A stretch of DNA of 64,000 nt from Pseudomonadaceae bacterium (GTDB taxonomy: Bacteria > Pseudomonadota > Alphaproteobacteria > UBA2136 > UBA6156), in contig JACKLD010000012.1 in assembly GCA_024236095.1 (NCBI GenBank), forward strand, positions 345,219 to 409,218, read 5' to 3'. The notes below the pieces were generated by a model that had not been told where the DNA came from, searched no databases, and saw only the letters and a list, made by a program, of their open reading frames with translations. How positions within the stretch are numbered: position 1 is the first letter of the stretch; each line of letters begins with the position of its first letter. This document shows, in pieces, positions 9,530 to 18,721 of the stretch. Position numbers and translations under genes: made by a program.

Positions 9530-10816
9530 ATGACAACACCAGCCTCCATCTTCTCCGATCTCCAAGCCCGCGGCCTCATCGCCCAAACCACCAACGGTAT
9601 CGAGGCCCACCTCAATGAAGCCCCCCGCACCCTCTACTGCGGGTTCGACCCCACCGCCGACTCCCTGCACATCGGCAGCCTGATTCCGCTGCTCACCCTG
9701 CGCCGCTTCCAGCAGGCGGGGCATACCCCCATCATTCTGGTGGGCGGCGCCACCGGGATGATCGGCGACCCCAGCTTCAAGGCGCAAGAGCGCAAACTCA
9801 ACGACACCGCCACCATTCGCGGCTGGGTGGAAAAACTGCAAACCCAGACCAGCCGTTTTGTCGATTTCGATACCCAGCCCAACGCCGCCCGCGCGGTCAA
9901 CAACTACGACTGGACGCACACCATGGACGTCCTCACCTTTTTGCGTGATGTCGGCAAACACTTCACCGTCAACAACCTTATCGCCAAAGAGGCCATCAAA
10001 AGCCGGTTGGAACGCGACGGCGCGGGCATTTCCTTCACCGAGTTCACCTACCCGCTGTTGCAAGGGCTCGATTTCAAGCACTTGATTGAACACCACACCT
10101 GCACCATCCAACTCGGCGGCTCCGACCAATGGGGCAACATGACGGCAGGCACCGAGCTCATCCGCAAAACGCTGGGGGCAGAGGCCCACGTCATCACCGT
10201 CCCGCTGGTCACCAAGGCCGACGGCACCAAGTTCGGCAAAACCGAATCCGGCACCATCTGGCTGGACGCCACCAAAACCAGCCCTTACGCCTTCTACCAG
10301 TTCTGGCTCAACACCGCCGATGCCGATGTGGAAAAATTCCTGCTCTACTTCAGCTTCCGCAGCGTGGAAGCCATCAAAACCATCTGTGAAGAACACAAAG
10401 AAAACCCCGGCCTGCGCAAAGCCCAACGCATGCTTGCAAGCGACGTCACCTGTCTTGTCCACGGGGAAGATGCTTTCACCACCGCCGAGCGGATTTCCGA
10501 ATATCTCTTCGGCTCTCACTGGACAGATGGAGAGAAAAAAGACCTCTCCGCCGAAGATTACGCCCAACTCGCCCAAGACGGCCTCCCTACTACAACCTCC
10601 TTCACCGAAGGGTCCATCATCGAGGCTCTCACATCAGCAGGGTTGGCCCAATCCAACCGCCAAGCGCGGGAGTTTGTGGAAAACGGCGCCGTGACCCACA
10701 ATGGTGAATCCGTACAAACAACCGACCATCAACTCTCAACCAACAACGCGGCCTTTGGCCGCTACCACCTCCTCCGCCGTGGCAAAAAGAACTACGCCCT
10801 GTTGGTGCACGCGTGA
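9530..10816 (+). CDS. tyrS: Tyrosine--tRNA ligase
   Basis: ATG at 9530. HIGH-type motif DSLHIGSL, KMSKS-type KFGKT and a C-terminal S4-like domain. Confidence 0.95.
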   Translation: MTTPASIFSDLQARGLIAQTTNGIEAHLNEAPRTLYCGFDPTADSLHIGSLIPLLTLRRFQQAGHTPIILVGGATGMIGDPSFKAQERKLNDTATIRGWVEKLQTQTSRFVDFDTQPNAARAVNNYDWTHTMDVLTFLRDVGKHFTVNNLIAKEAIKSRLERDGAGISFTEFTYPLLQGLDFKHLIEHHTCTIQLGGSDQWGNMTAGTELIRKTLGAEAHVITVPLVTKADGTKFGKTESGTIWLDATKTSPYAFYQFWLNTADADVEKFLLYFSFRSVEAIKTICEEHKENPGLRKAQRMLASDVTCLVHGEDAFTTAERISEYLFGSHWTDGEKKDLSAEDYAQLAQDGLPTTTSFTEGSIIEALTSAGLAQSNRQAREFVENGAVTHNGESVQTTDHQLSTNNAAFGRYHLLRRGKKNYALLVHA

Positions 10817-11553
10817 GCAATCCCACCCTCGCCATCATCGGCTTCGGCCAACTGGGTCAGTTGGCCGCCAAACATCTGGCCCCCCATGCCGATGTCTGCG
10901 CGTACGACCCCGCCGACCGCAGCGCCGCCGCCAACGCCATGAACATCCCGCTGGTGCCGCTGCCACAAGCCGCAGCCGCCAGCATCGTGGTACTGGCCGT
11001 GCCCACCCAAGCCATGCGCGCCACCCTCACCGCCCTTGCCCCGCACCTGAAGGAGGGCGCACTGGTGGCCGACACCTGCTCGGTCAAAACCCTCCCCGCA
11101 CAGTGGATGCTGGAACTGCTGCCGCCCCATGTGGATATCATCGCTACCCATCCGCTGTTCGGCCCGCAAAGCGCCGCCGAGGGCATCACCGACCTCAAAG
11201 TCGTCACCTGCCCGCTGCGCCTGCCAGCCGCGCGCTACCAACGCATCACCCACTTTTTGCAAGACACCCTCAAACTGCTGGTCATCGACACCACACCCGA
11301 AGCCCACGACGCCGACATGGCTTACGTTCAGGCCCTCACGCACCTCATCGGCCGCGCACTGGCAGGCACCACCCCGCCGTCCACACCGCTGGCAACCCAG
11401 TCGTACCAGCAACTCCTCAACCTCTGCCATCTCATCGAACACGATACCGAAGAACTCTTCACCGCCCTGCACACCTTCAACCCACAAGCCGCGCCCGTGC
11501 GCCAGACTTTCAGCAACAGCCTGCAAGCCTTGCTCAACAAGCTCGGCACCTGA
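10813..11553 (+). CDS. Prephenate/arogenate dehydrogenase family protein
   Basis: 246 aa with AIIGFGQLG (NAD fold), DTCSVK and ATHPLFGP. The GTG start overlaps the tyrS stop (GTGA). Confidence 0.8.
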   Translation: MSNPTLAIIGFGQLGQLAAKHLAPHADVCAYDPADRSAAANAMNIPLVPLPQAAAASIVVLAVPTQAMRATLTALAPHLKEGALVADTCSVKTLPAQWMLELLPPHVDIIATHPLFGPQSAAEGITDLKVVTCPLRLPAARYQRITHFLQDTLKLLVIDTTPEAHDADMAYVQALTHLIGRALAGTTPPSTPLATQSYQQLLNLCHLIEHDTEELFTALHTFNPQAAPVRQTFSNSLQALLNKLGT

Positions 11554-11557
11554 AAAG

Positions 11558-12031
11558 CTACTCCCGCCCCCACTCCCGCGCCATGCTCACCGGCGCTATC
11601 CGCCTTGCCCGCCATTCGCTGGTATCCAGCCACATATCCCGCATCACCTGACATGCCAACATGTCCAAATCTCCGTCACGGGGGTCTGGCAAAGGGTTGT
11701 GCCCCAGCATCAACCGCCCGTACCAGCTGCCCACCGATGTATCGGGCGCCGCCCCCAACACCGGCACAACGCGCGTCTCCAACACATGAATGCGCGCATC
11801 CATATCGCGCCAATACAAGCCCGCCAGCCAGCTGTTGGCACGCACCCGCTGCAACCTGTCCAGTGTTTGCACGGCCCTGTTTTCCAATGCCCGACGCAAA
11901 AGCACATCCTTTTCAACATCCCGCATCACCCGCACCGCCCGCCGGAAGATAAAGCTGGGCGAAACCAAAAACGCTTTCCCTGCAACATGGATGTAATGCT
12001 GGCGCATATGCCCTTCTCCCAATCGCCGCAA
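11558..12031 (-). CDS. Hypothetical protein (157 aa)
   Basis: The ORF fills the gap. No motif recognised. Confidence 0.4.
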   Translation of the reverse strand: MRRLGEGHMRQHYIHVAGKAFLVSPSFIFRRAVRVMRDVEKDVLLRRALENRAVQTLDRLQRVRANSWLAGLYWRDMDARIHVLETRVVPVLGAAPDTSVGSWYGRLMLGHNPLPDPRDGDLDMLACQVMRDMWLDTSEWRARRIAPVSMAREWGRE

Positions 12032-12137
12032 CTTTTAGCAGCTTCCCTGCACAATGTATACCCACACCCCTTGCATACGCATACAACTTGTGGTTAAAGT
12101 GCGCCCAACATAACAAAAACAGGGAAAGTACAAAGGG

Positions 12138-12875
12138 ATGGCCAATTTTATGACACAACAGGGCAATTTGGATTCGATGGTGCGGGAAAACCTCCGCCAG
12201 AAAATCATTACCGGCGAACTGGAAGGCGGCTTTCACCTTAGTGAACTGAAGATTTCCAAAGAGTACAACGTCTCCCGCACTCCGGTGCGTGAAGCCTTGT
12301 GCGCCCTCGCCGCCGACGGTCTGGTGGAAATGGTGCCCCACCGCGGTGCCTTCGTCACCCACAGCGCCCCGCAAACCAAGACCGACCAAGTGCAGGCCTA
12401 CAGCCTGTTCATGGGTCTGGCCGCCAAAATCGCCGCCGAAAAGGCCAACATTGAAATGCTGATGGACTTGGAAACCGCGTTTTCCTTCACCACCGGCGAC
12501 AGCAAAATGAAGACCGAAGACTACATCACCAGCTTCGAAACCGCGCTCGACATGGTGGAAAAAGTCGCCGGAAGCCCCACGCTGAGCGAAGCGCTCGGCA
12601 TGGTCAAGCGCCGCACCAACATGGTGGAATTCATGGCCCACGCCGCCAGCCAACAGAAAGAGCTCAACACCCAGATGAGCCTGCTGCTGGGCGCCCTCAA
12701 GCGCAAAAAGGCCGACAGCGCTGAAAAAACCATGCGCCAAATCACCCAACTCATCGCCAACGCCTACCTCGCCAGCCGCCGCCCCACCGGCACGCAGGCT
12801 GAAAGCGTCACCGACGAGATGAACCAAGCCTTCACCAGCCAAAAAGGCAAGCAATCCCGGGCCACCGCCAACTAA
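12138..12875 (+). CDS. GntR-family transcriptional regulator (FCD-type C-terminal domain)
   Basis: LRQKIITGELEGGFHLSELKISKEYNVSRTPVREALCALAADGLVEMVPHRGAFV is a typical GntR wHTH. Confidence 0.88.
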   Translation: MANFMTQQGNLDSMVRENLRQKIITGELEGGFHLSELKISKEYNVSRTPVREALCALAADGLVEMVPHRGAFVTHSAPQTKTDQVQAYSLFMGLAAKIAAEKANIEMLMDLETAFSFTTGDSKMKTEDYITSFETALDMVEKVAGSPTLSEALGMVKRRTNMVEFMAHAASQQKELNTQMSLLLGALKRKKADSAEKTMRQITQLIANAYLASRRPTGTQAESVTDEMNQAFTSQKGKQSRATAN

Positions 12876-12898
12876 GATACGGCGGAAATGTGAACGAA

Positions 12899-12920
12899 AG
12901 GGGCCGCGTGCCCCTTTTAT
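12899..12920 (+). terminator. Rho-independent terminator after the GntR gene
   Basis: aggggc cgcgt gcccct followed by tttat. Confidence 0.6.
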
Positions 12921-12978
12921 TCACACCCAACCTTTGCTACGCTTGAAACCGCGCTAACAACCCAAGGGGAACAACGCC

Positions 12979-13110
12979 ATGACCTACTTCTTTCTGGTCA
13001 CCCTGCCCCTCATGATGGGCGCCGCCCTTATCGGCGCATGGCTGAAAATCAGCCCCTATATCGTTGCCGTTATCGTGATTCTCCTGGGGGCGACCTGGCT
13101 ATTCGGCTAG
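12979..13110 (+). CDS. Possible 43-aa hydrophobic peptide
   Basis: atg...tag read by hand: MTYFFLVTLPLMMGAALIGAWLKISPYIVAVIVILLGATWLFG. aagggga sits 8 nt upstream. It is below the ORF-track size cutoff. Confidence 0.35.
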   Translation: MTYFFLVTLPLMMGAALIGAWLKISPYIVAVIVILLGATWLFG

Positions 13111-13338
13111 ACCTTGCCCTTCGCGTATTTTCTCTAACTCCTTACGGAACGGACACATCTTACCTTGCCGGTCCGCCTCTTCGCACATGATACCCTCAAT
13201 CTGTTTCATCTCTCTCTGAACCTTGCAGGAATGAGCGGCCACAAGTGCGGTTACAGATGCCGCCGCCACCAGAAGCGTCTGTTTGAATAAGGCCATAGCC
13301 TCCGCTTTATTCGACGGATAAGGTTTCTGCTGTTTCAT
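13099..13338 (-). CDS. Hypothetical small secreted Cys-containing protein
   Basis: MKQQKPYPSNKAEAMALFKQTLLVAAASVTALVAAHSC... looks like a signal peptide. Local G+C is lower (32/60 on the line starting 13141). Confidence 0.4.
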   Translation of the reverse strand: MKQQKPYPSNKAEAMALFKQTLLVAAASVTALVAAHSCKVQREMKQIEGIMCEEADRQGKMCPFRKELEKIREGQGLAE

Positions 13339-13456
13339 CCGACAATCTCCTCTTGCCAACCCTTATGCCACGCTCCCGTGGCCTTTCCTGACAGATGGGC
13401 CTTGCCGCCCCCGTTTTCAAGCGCCAAAGTCACACCATCAACCAAGGAGCCCTTCC

Positions 13457-13939
13457 ATGACCAACCCGAAACCCCGCGCCTGCAAAACCATCAACGAACT
13501 CAATATCGGCGATGAATTCCGCCAACCCTACACCATCACCCACGCCGACGTGCAAAAATTCGCCGAGCTGTCGGGCGACTTCAACCCCGCCCACTTCAAC
13601 GAAGACTATGCCCAAGGCACCATCTTCAAAACCCGCATCGCCCACGGCATGATTTCGGTCGCCAAGTTCTCCGGCATCTTCGGGATGGATTTGCCCGGCC
13701 TCGGCGCCATCTGGGGCGCGCAAAGCGTGAAGTTCCTCGCCCCCGTGCAGCTCGACACCCCCTACACTGCCATCGCCACACTGAAGGAAAAAGACGAGAA
13801 GAAAGCTGTCTTCACCTGCCGTGTCGAAGCCACCGACGGCACCGTGATGCTGGAAGGCGAAGGCACCCTCTACCCCATTCCCCAAAAGGTGAAAGACAAA
13901 ATGGAAGCCGACGGCACCCTTGCCCCGCTGCTGGCTTAA
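13457..13939 (+). CDS. MaoC-like (R)-specific enoyl-CoA hydratase/dehydratase
   Basis: FAELSGDFNPAHFNEDYAQGTIFKTRIAHGM is the hot-dog fold signature. Confidence 0.88.
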   Translation: MTNPKPRACKTINELNIGDEFRQPYTITHADVQKFAELSGDFNPAHFNEDYAQGTIFKTRIAHGMISVAKFSGIFGMDLPGLGAIWGAQSVKFLAPVQLDTPYTAIATLKEKDEKKAVFTCRVEATDGTVMLEGEGTLYPIPQKVKDKMEADGTLAPLLA

Positions 13940-13968
13940 AGCTGCTTAAGCAATTACTTGCATGGGGG

Positions 13969-13993
13969 CGTCATTCCCGCGAAAGCGGGAATC
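13969..13993. repeat. REP-like hairpin unit (cgtcattcccgcgaaagcgggaatc)
   Basis: Same unit as 6126-6148. Confidence 0.8.
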
Positions 13994-14117
13994 CAGCTTT
14001 ATCTACATAAAATACGAGTGCAACAAAGCGCGGTTTCCACTCCCCCCTACCCGCTTGTTCCACCGCCTCCCATAACAGCCTCCAGCATCTCCGCAAAAAT
14101 GGAGAGAGAGCCTATCG

Positions 14118-15074
14118 TCACAAAATCCCCAAAAACCGTCCCCGCCGTGCCTCCGCCCCACCATTGGCTTTGGCCACTTCGGCCAACTGCGCCGCCACCG
14201 CCTTGCCCACGCGTTTCATCGCCAACGCCGCATCGCGCTGCGCGCCCCCCACCGGTTCGTCGATAATGCCGTCAATCACCTTGTGCTCCAACAAATCTTT
14301 CGCGGTCAGCTTCAACGCCGTGGCCGCCGCATGGATGGTGTCCTTGTTGGCCTCCTTCCACAAAATCGCCGCACAACCTTCCGGCGAAATCACGCTGTAA
14401 ATCCCGTGCTCCAACATCAACACCCGGTCCGCCGCCGCCAACGCCAACGCCCCCCCGCTGCCGCCTTCACCGGTAATCACACTCACCACCGGCACCTTCA
14501 CCTGCATCAGCACGTCCAAACTTTCGGCAATCGCCTGCCCCTGCCCGCGTTCCTCGGCATCCACCCCTGGGTACGCCCCCGGGGTGTCCACCAGCGTCAC
14601 AATCGGCAACCCCAGCCGGTCGGCCATCCGCATCAGCCGCTGCGCCTTGCGGTAACCCTCGGGCTTGGGCATCCCGAAGTTCCGCGCAATCCGCTCCGCC
14701 GTGGTCTTGCCCTTGTCAATCGCGCACACCACGCAGGGCGTTTGTCCCAGCCATTTACCGACCCCGGCCAACATCGCTTGGTCATCCCCATAACGCCGGT
14801 CACCCGCCAGCGGCACAAAACCTTCCACCAACGCCTTCACATAATCCGCCCCTTGCGGACGCTCCGGATGCCGCGCCACCTGCATAATCTGCACAGGTGA
14901 AAGATCGCGGTACAACAACCGCGCCACCCGCGCCATGCGTATCTCCAAACGGTCAATTTCACCCGCAATGTCCTTTTCGGCAATGTCCGCCCCGCTGGCC
15001 TCCGCCGCGCGCAATTCTTCCACCTTGGCCTGAAGGTCTAAAAGCGGTTTTTCAAAGTCGAGGAATTGCACCAT
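14118..15074 (-). CDS. accA: Acetyl-CoA carboxylase carboxyltransferase subunit alpha
   Basis: 318 aa with LDFEKPLLDLQAKVEELR and VDTPGAYPGVDAEERGQGQAIA, both canonical for AccA. Confidence 0.96.
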   Translation of the reverse strand: MVQFLDFEKPLLDLQAKVEELRAAEASGADIAEKDIAGEIDRLEIRMARVARLLYRDLSPVQIMQVARHPERPQGADYVKALVEGFVPLAGDRRYGDDQAMLAGVGKWLGQTPCVVCAIDKGKTTAERIARNFGMPKPEGYRKAQRLMRMADRLGLPIVTLVDTPGAYPGVDAEERGQGQAIAESLDVLMQVKVPVVSVITGEGGSGGALALAAADRVLMLEHGIYSVISPEGCAAILWKEANKDTIHAAATALKLTAKDLLEHKVIDGIIDEPVGGAQRDAALAMKRVGKAVAAQLAEVAKANGGAEARRGRFLGIL

Positions 15075-15080
15075 GTCTCT

Positions 15081-15989
15081 CTATCTTGTCCTTTGCCCGC
15101 CCCCACTCAACGGATGATACGTCTCCAGCGCCTCGCGCAAGGTCGTCCCCGCCACTTTGGTATAAATCTGCGTGGTGTTCAGGCTGGCATGGCCTAACAT
15201 AAGCTGCACCGCACGTAAATCGGCATCGTGTTCCAGCAGATGCGTGGCGAAGGTGTGCCGCAGGTGGTGCGGTGCCACGTTCACCTCCACCATCCGCCCG
15301 GCAGCCTGAATCAATTGGAACACCCGCTGCCGCGTCAATGCCTTGCCCTTCTGCGGGCTTGGCAATAACCATTTGGATGCCGCGCCCGCCAACACCGGCC
15401 GTGCCCCCCGCAGGTAATCCCCCACCACCGCCAATGCTTTCTCACCCAACGGCACCAGCCGCGTCTTGCCGCCCTTGCCGGTCACCCGCAACAACCCGTC
15501 TGCCGCCGCATCCTCCACATCCGCCACGGTAAGGGATACCAACTCGCTCACCCGCAATCCCGCCGCATACAGCAGATAGAATATCACCCGCAACCGTACT
15601 TGCTCGGGCCGCCCACCTTCCGCCGTCTCCAGCAACCGCTTCATCTCGGCGCCGGAAAGCGCCTTCGGCAAACTTTTCGGCAATTTCGGACTGGCCACCG
15701 CCGCCGTCGGGTCGTCGACCACCACGCCACTCTCCAACAGATACCTGTAAAATGTCCGCAAGGCGCTCAACCGTCGCGCATTGCTCCGCGCCCCATGCCC
15801 CTGTTTGGTCAGGTGCGCCAAAAACCCCTCCACCGTCTTCCCGTCCACCGCAATCCTGTTCTCCGTGAACGCCATAAACGCCGCCACATCGCGCTTGTAC
15901 GCCGCCAGCGTGTTGGGGCTCATCCCGCGCGCCACCAACAGATGCTCGGCAAAGGCGGTCACTTCGGGCGGAAGGGCTTTGCCCATCAC
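15081..15989 (-). CDS. xerD: Site-specific tyrosine recombinase XerD
   Basis: 302 aa with SPNTLAAYKRDV at the N-terminus and HHLRHTFATHLLEHDADLRAVQLMLGHASLNTTQIYT at the C-terminus. Confidence 0.92.
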   Translation of the reverse strand: MMGKALPPEVTAFAEHLLVARGMSPNTLAAYKRDVAAFMAFTENRIAVDGKTVEGFLAHLTKQGHGARSNARRLSALRTFYRYLLESGVVVDDPTAAVASPKLPKSLPKALSGAEMKRLLETAEGGRPEQVRLRVIFYLLYAAGLRVSELVSLTVADVEDAAADGLLRVTGKGGKTRLVPLGEKALAVVGDYLRGARPVLAGAASKWLLPSPQKGKALTRQRVFQLIQAAGRMVEVNVAPHHLRHTFATHLLEHDADLRAVQLMLGHASLNTTQIYTKVAGTTLREALETYHPLSGGGQRTR

Positions 15990-18028
15990 ATCCCCTCCGG
16001 CGGCGGCAACAACGGTGTCTCTTGAGGCGCCGTGCTGCGCGGCATGTTCTGCATGCGCACCCCGCCCGCCTTGACGGGCGTGGCATCTACCGCCCCTTCC
16101 TCCTTACGTTCGGCTTCCGCCCGTATCACCACCCCCTCGGCAGGCGCCGCCAAAATCTCCCACGCCAGCAACTTGGCCTCCCGCGTCAAGCCCACCGCCT
16201 GCAGCGCCGCCACCGCCGCTTTGGCCTCCAGCGGTGCCCATGCACGCAACGGACGCGCCTGCGCCCACTGCGCCACCTTCAACACCACCGGCCCGGGGCG
16301 CTTGGCTTCCGCCAAGACGTTCAATGCCTGCACCCGCACCATGTCGCCGCCAAAGCTGTCATCCCGCAGCGCCAGCATCGCCTCCAGCCGTGTCCATGCG
16401 TCATCTGGCAACTCAATTCCCAACCCTTCCAACACCGCCAAGCCACGCACCGCTGCGGTTCTGCCCGCCGCATCGGCCATGCTTTGCGTCACCAACCATT
16501 GCTCCAACGCCGTATCGGCCAAGCGGCCATCCGCCACCGCCGCCTCCACCCCCAACTGCGCCCGTGTGCGGATAAGCGGCACCGTGGCACTCACCACGTC
16601 CTGCGCCGCCACCCGCCATGCCAGCGCGGCCTTGTCATCTCCCAGCAACCATGCGCCTCGCACCGCCTGCGGCCACGCCTCTCCCAACGCTGCAAACGTC
16701 TCCGGCGAGGCCGCAATCTCCGCCCGGCTCGCCGGCAACCACACCGCCAACGCTTCCCGACCATCCTTCTCTGCCTGCGCGGCAAACAGCCCCCATGCCA
16801 CGGCCTTGTCGGCCAGCTGCGGCATCATCCGCGCCGCCTGCCACAACAGGGCGCGGGCTTCGCCGCCTTTCAGACTCTTGGCCAAGGCGGGCGCCATCTG
16901 CACTTGGTCTGGCGGAAACGGATACGCCTCATACAGCACCCGTACCGCTTCGGCGCCCACCGCGCTGGGCATGCGCACCTGCAACAACTCCGCCGCCTCC
17001 AGCCGCAACACCAGCGGCAGCGCCGGGGTCTGCAACAACCGCCGCAGCACCACGTTGGGCAAACGCCCCAACTCCTTCATCTCCAACAGCGACGGATACG
17101 CCGCCACCAGCGCCGCACTCAACGGCGAAACCGCCTCTTTCGCCTTCAGCTTCACCGGCACATCATCATCGCGCAACGCCACCAGCAGTTTCCACAAGAC
17201 GGGGTCAAAATTGCCAAGCCCCTGCTCATCCGCCACCGCAAGGCTCAAGTCCAGCCCGCCGGAAACCCTGTCCAACGCGGTGCAGGTCACCGCCATTTCC
17301 CGCCAAAAGCCCTGGGGAGACGCCACCACCAACTTCCGTGCCACCGCACAGGGCTCCACCGCTTGCCCGGCCATCAAACTGCTGGCCGCCCAACCACGGG
17401 TCAACACCCCGTCTTCGCCGCGCACACTGGCAGGAACCACCCGCCACAGGGCATAAGCCTGCTCGTCCAACCCGATGCCCTGCAACGCCTTGGCCCGCGC
17501 CGCCAACAAACCTCCCGCGACCGTAGCTTCGCCATCCATCCTGCCCCGCGTCAACAACGTCCGTGCCAGCAGGTCGCGTACGGCATCACTGGCCAAAGGC
17601 TTGGGGGCCAAACCATCCACCAAGGCCAACACCTCTGCCGCCTTCACCCCGCTCCATGCCTTTTCGCTGATGCCGCCGCTCATTTCGGTCAACGGCCCCC
17701 ACATATCCAGCTTGGCCAGTTCTTCGGGGATTTTCCCCACATCCTCCACCTGCACGGTGGGCAATTGCGGCATCGGCTTGGTCAGACTCACCTGCACGGT
17801 CGTGCTGGCCAGCACCGGCGTCATGCTGGGGTCGGCCGAGACCCTCGGCAAAGCCGAAACCGGCATGCTCACCACGCCCCCCTTCACAGGCACCGTACTT
17901 TCGCTGACGGACGACACGTCAAAATCGCGCACCGTCCAATCCAGCGGAAACCCGTCCGGCCCCAACGCTTCCGCCATAGCCACATACGACCACAGCACCA
18001 ACGCCAGCATCGCCCCCCAACGCATCAT
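15986..18028 (-). CDS. Hypothetical Ala/Leu-rich exported protein (680 aa)
   Basis: N-terminal signal-like MMRWGAMLALVLWSYVAMAEA. The start overlaps the stop of the small upstream gene and its stop overlaps the xerD start. No family recognised. Confidence 0.6.
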   Translation of the reverse strand: MMRWGAMLALVLWSYVAMAEALGPDGFPLDWTVRDFDVSSVSESTVPVKGGVVSMPVSALPRVSADPSMTPVLASTTVQVSLTKPMPQLPTVQVEDVGKIPEELAKLDMWGPLTEMSGGISEKAWSGVKAAEVLALVDGLAPKPLASDAVRDLLARTLLTRGRMDGEATVAGGLLAARAKALQGIGLDEQAYALWRVVPASVRGEDGVLTRGWAASSLMAGQAVEPCAVARKLVVASPQGFWREMAVTCTALDRVSGGLDLSLAVADEQGLGNFDPVLWKLLVALRDDDVPVKLKAKEAVSPLSAALVAAYPSLLEMKELGRLPNVVLRRLLQTPALPLVLRLEAAELLQVRMPSAVGAEAVRVLYEAYPFPPDQVQMAPALAKSLKGGEARALLWQAARMMPQLADKAVAWGLFAAQAEKDGREALAVWLPASRAEIAASPETFAALGEAWPQAVRGAWLLGDDKAALAWRVAAQDVVSATVPLIRTRAQLGVEAAVADGRLADTALEQWLVTQSMADAAGRTAAVRGLAVLEGLGIELPDDAWTRLEAMLALRDDSFGGDMVRVQALNVLAEAKRPGPVVLKVAQWAQARPLRAWAPLEAKAAVAALQAVGLTREAKLLAWEILAAPAEGVVIRAEAERKEEGAVDATPVKAGGVRMQNMPRSTAPQETPLLPPPEGM

Positions 18029-18196
18029 CTACTCCAGCGGGATCTCAACCGTCACAGCCTCTTGCGCGGGCGGCGTCCCCATGGTCAGGGCCACACCGGC
18101 AAATACCACCACCAGCAGGGCAACCGCGCCCAACGCCACAAGCAGCCCCATCGGAATCCCGTTGGTCTTTTCCCTACGCATGTTGGCCGGAATCAT
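18029..18196 (-). CDS. Possible 55-aa single-pass membrane protein
   Basis: MIPANMRREKTNGIPMGLLVALGAVALLVVVFAGVAL... lies directly upstream of the 680-aa gene. Confidence 0.35.
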   Translation of the reverse strand: MIPANMRREKTNGIPMGLLVALGAVALLVVVFAGVALTMGTPPAQEAVTVEIPLE

Positions 18197-18295
18197 CCCT
18201 GTTCTCCTTATTTTCGAGGCTGCATTGTACGCCTGCCACTCCCCCTGCCGCAACCCTTGCCGCATGGTTTGTGGGCTGTTATCTTGCCCTCCATC

Positions 18296-18721
18296 ATGGA
18301 CGATACCCCCGACCCCGCCGACTTCATGGCCACCCCACATTTGTTCCGCCACAAGTACGATATCGACACCATCATTTCCGCCCTGTGTACCGGCCAACCC
18401 GGCACGCTCAACACCGGCGCAGGCACCTACCCGCTGGAATCCCTTCCGCAAACCTATCTTGCCGAGAGTTTTTCGCATCCCTCTTTCACCAAACTGCCCG
18501 CCACCACCCAACAGGCCGTGCAAACGCTGGTACAAACCTGCCCCCTCGCCAACCTCCCTAACCATTTCGGCACACCGCACGGCGACTGGCTGCGCGAACG
18601 CATCAAAGACGCCGCACTGGAATGGCTGGATTCCCACAACCTCATCCCGCCCAGCATGCGCCACGTGCCGCGCCATATCCGTTCCCTCAATGCCCCCGTC
18701 AAGAAAGTCACCATCGCATGA
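18296..18721 (+). CDS. Hypothetical protein (141 aa)
   Basis: The in-frame ATG at 18296 gives MDDTPDPADFMATPHLFRHKYDIDT... with normal amino-acid composition. Its stop overlaps the next start (ATGA). Confidence 0.5.
   Translation: MDDTPDPADFMATPHLFRHKYDIDTIISALCTGQPGTLNTGAGTYPLESLPQTYLAESFSHPSFTKLPATTQQAVQTLVQTCPLANLPNHFGTPHGDWLRERIKDAALEWLDSHNLIPPSMRHVPRHIRSLNAPVKKVTIA

Noticed and set aside
8393-10576. A 727-aa minus-strand ORF.
   Set aside because: Only the C-terminal 371 codons (from the ATG at 9505) are AnmK. The upstream half is antisense to tyrS and has junk-like composition.
16022-18721. An 899-aa plus-strand ORF, with similar long ORFs at 311-1471, 3883-5253, 7365-8858, 23264-24454 and 35974-36753.
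   Set aside because: These are antisense or frame-shifted readings across recognised genes in high-GC DNA. Their translations are Arg/Pro/His/Gln/Gly-rich and have no motifs. Only the last 141 codons of the 899-aa ORF (18296-18721) look like a real protein.
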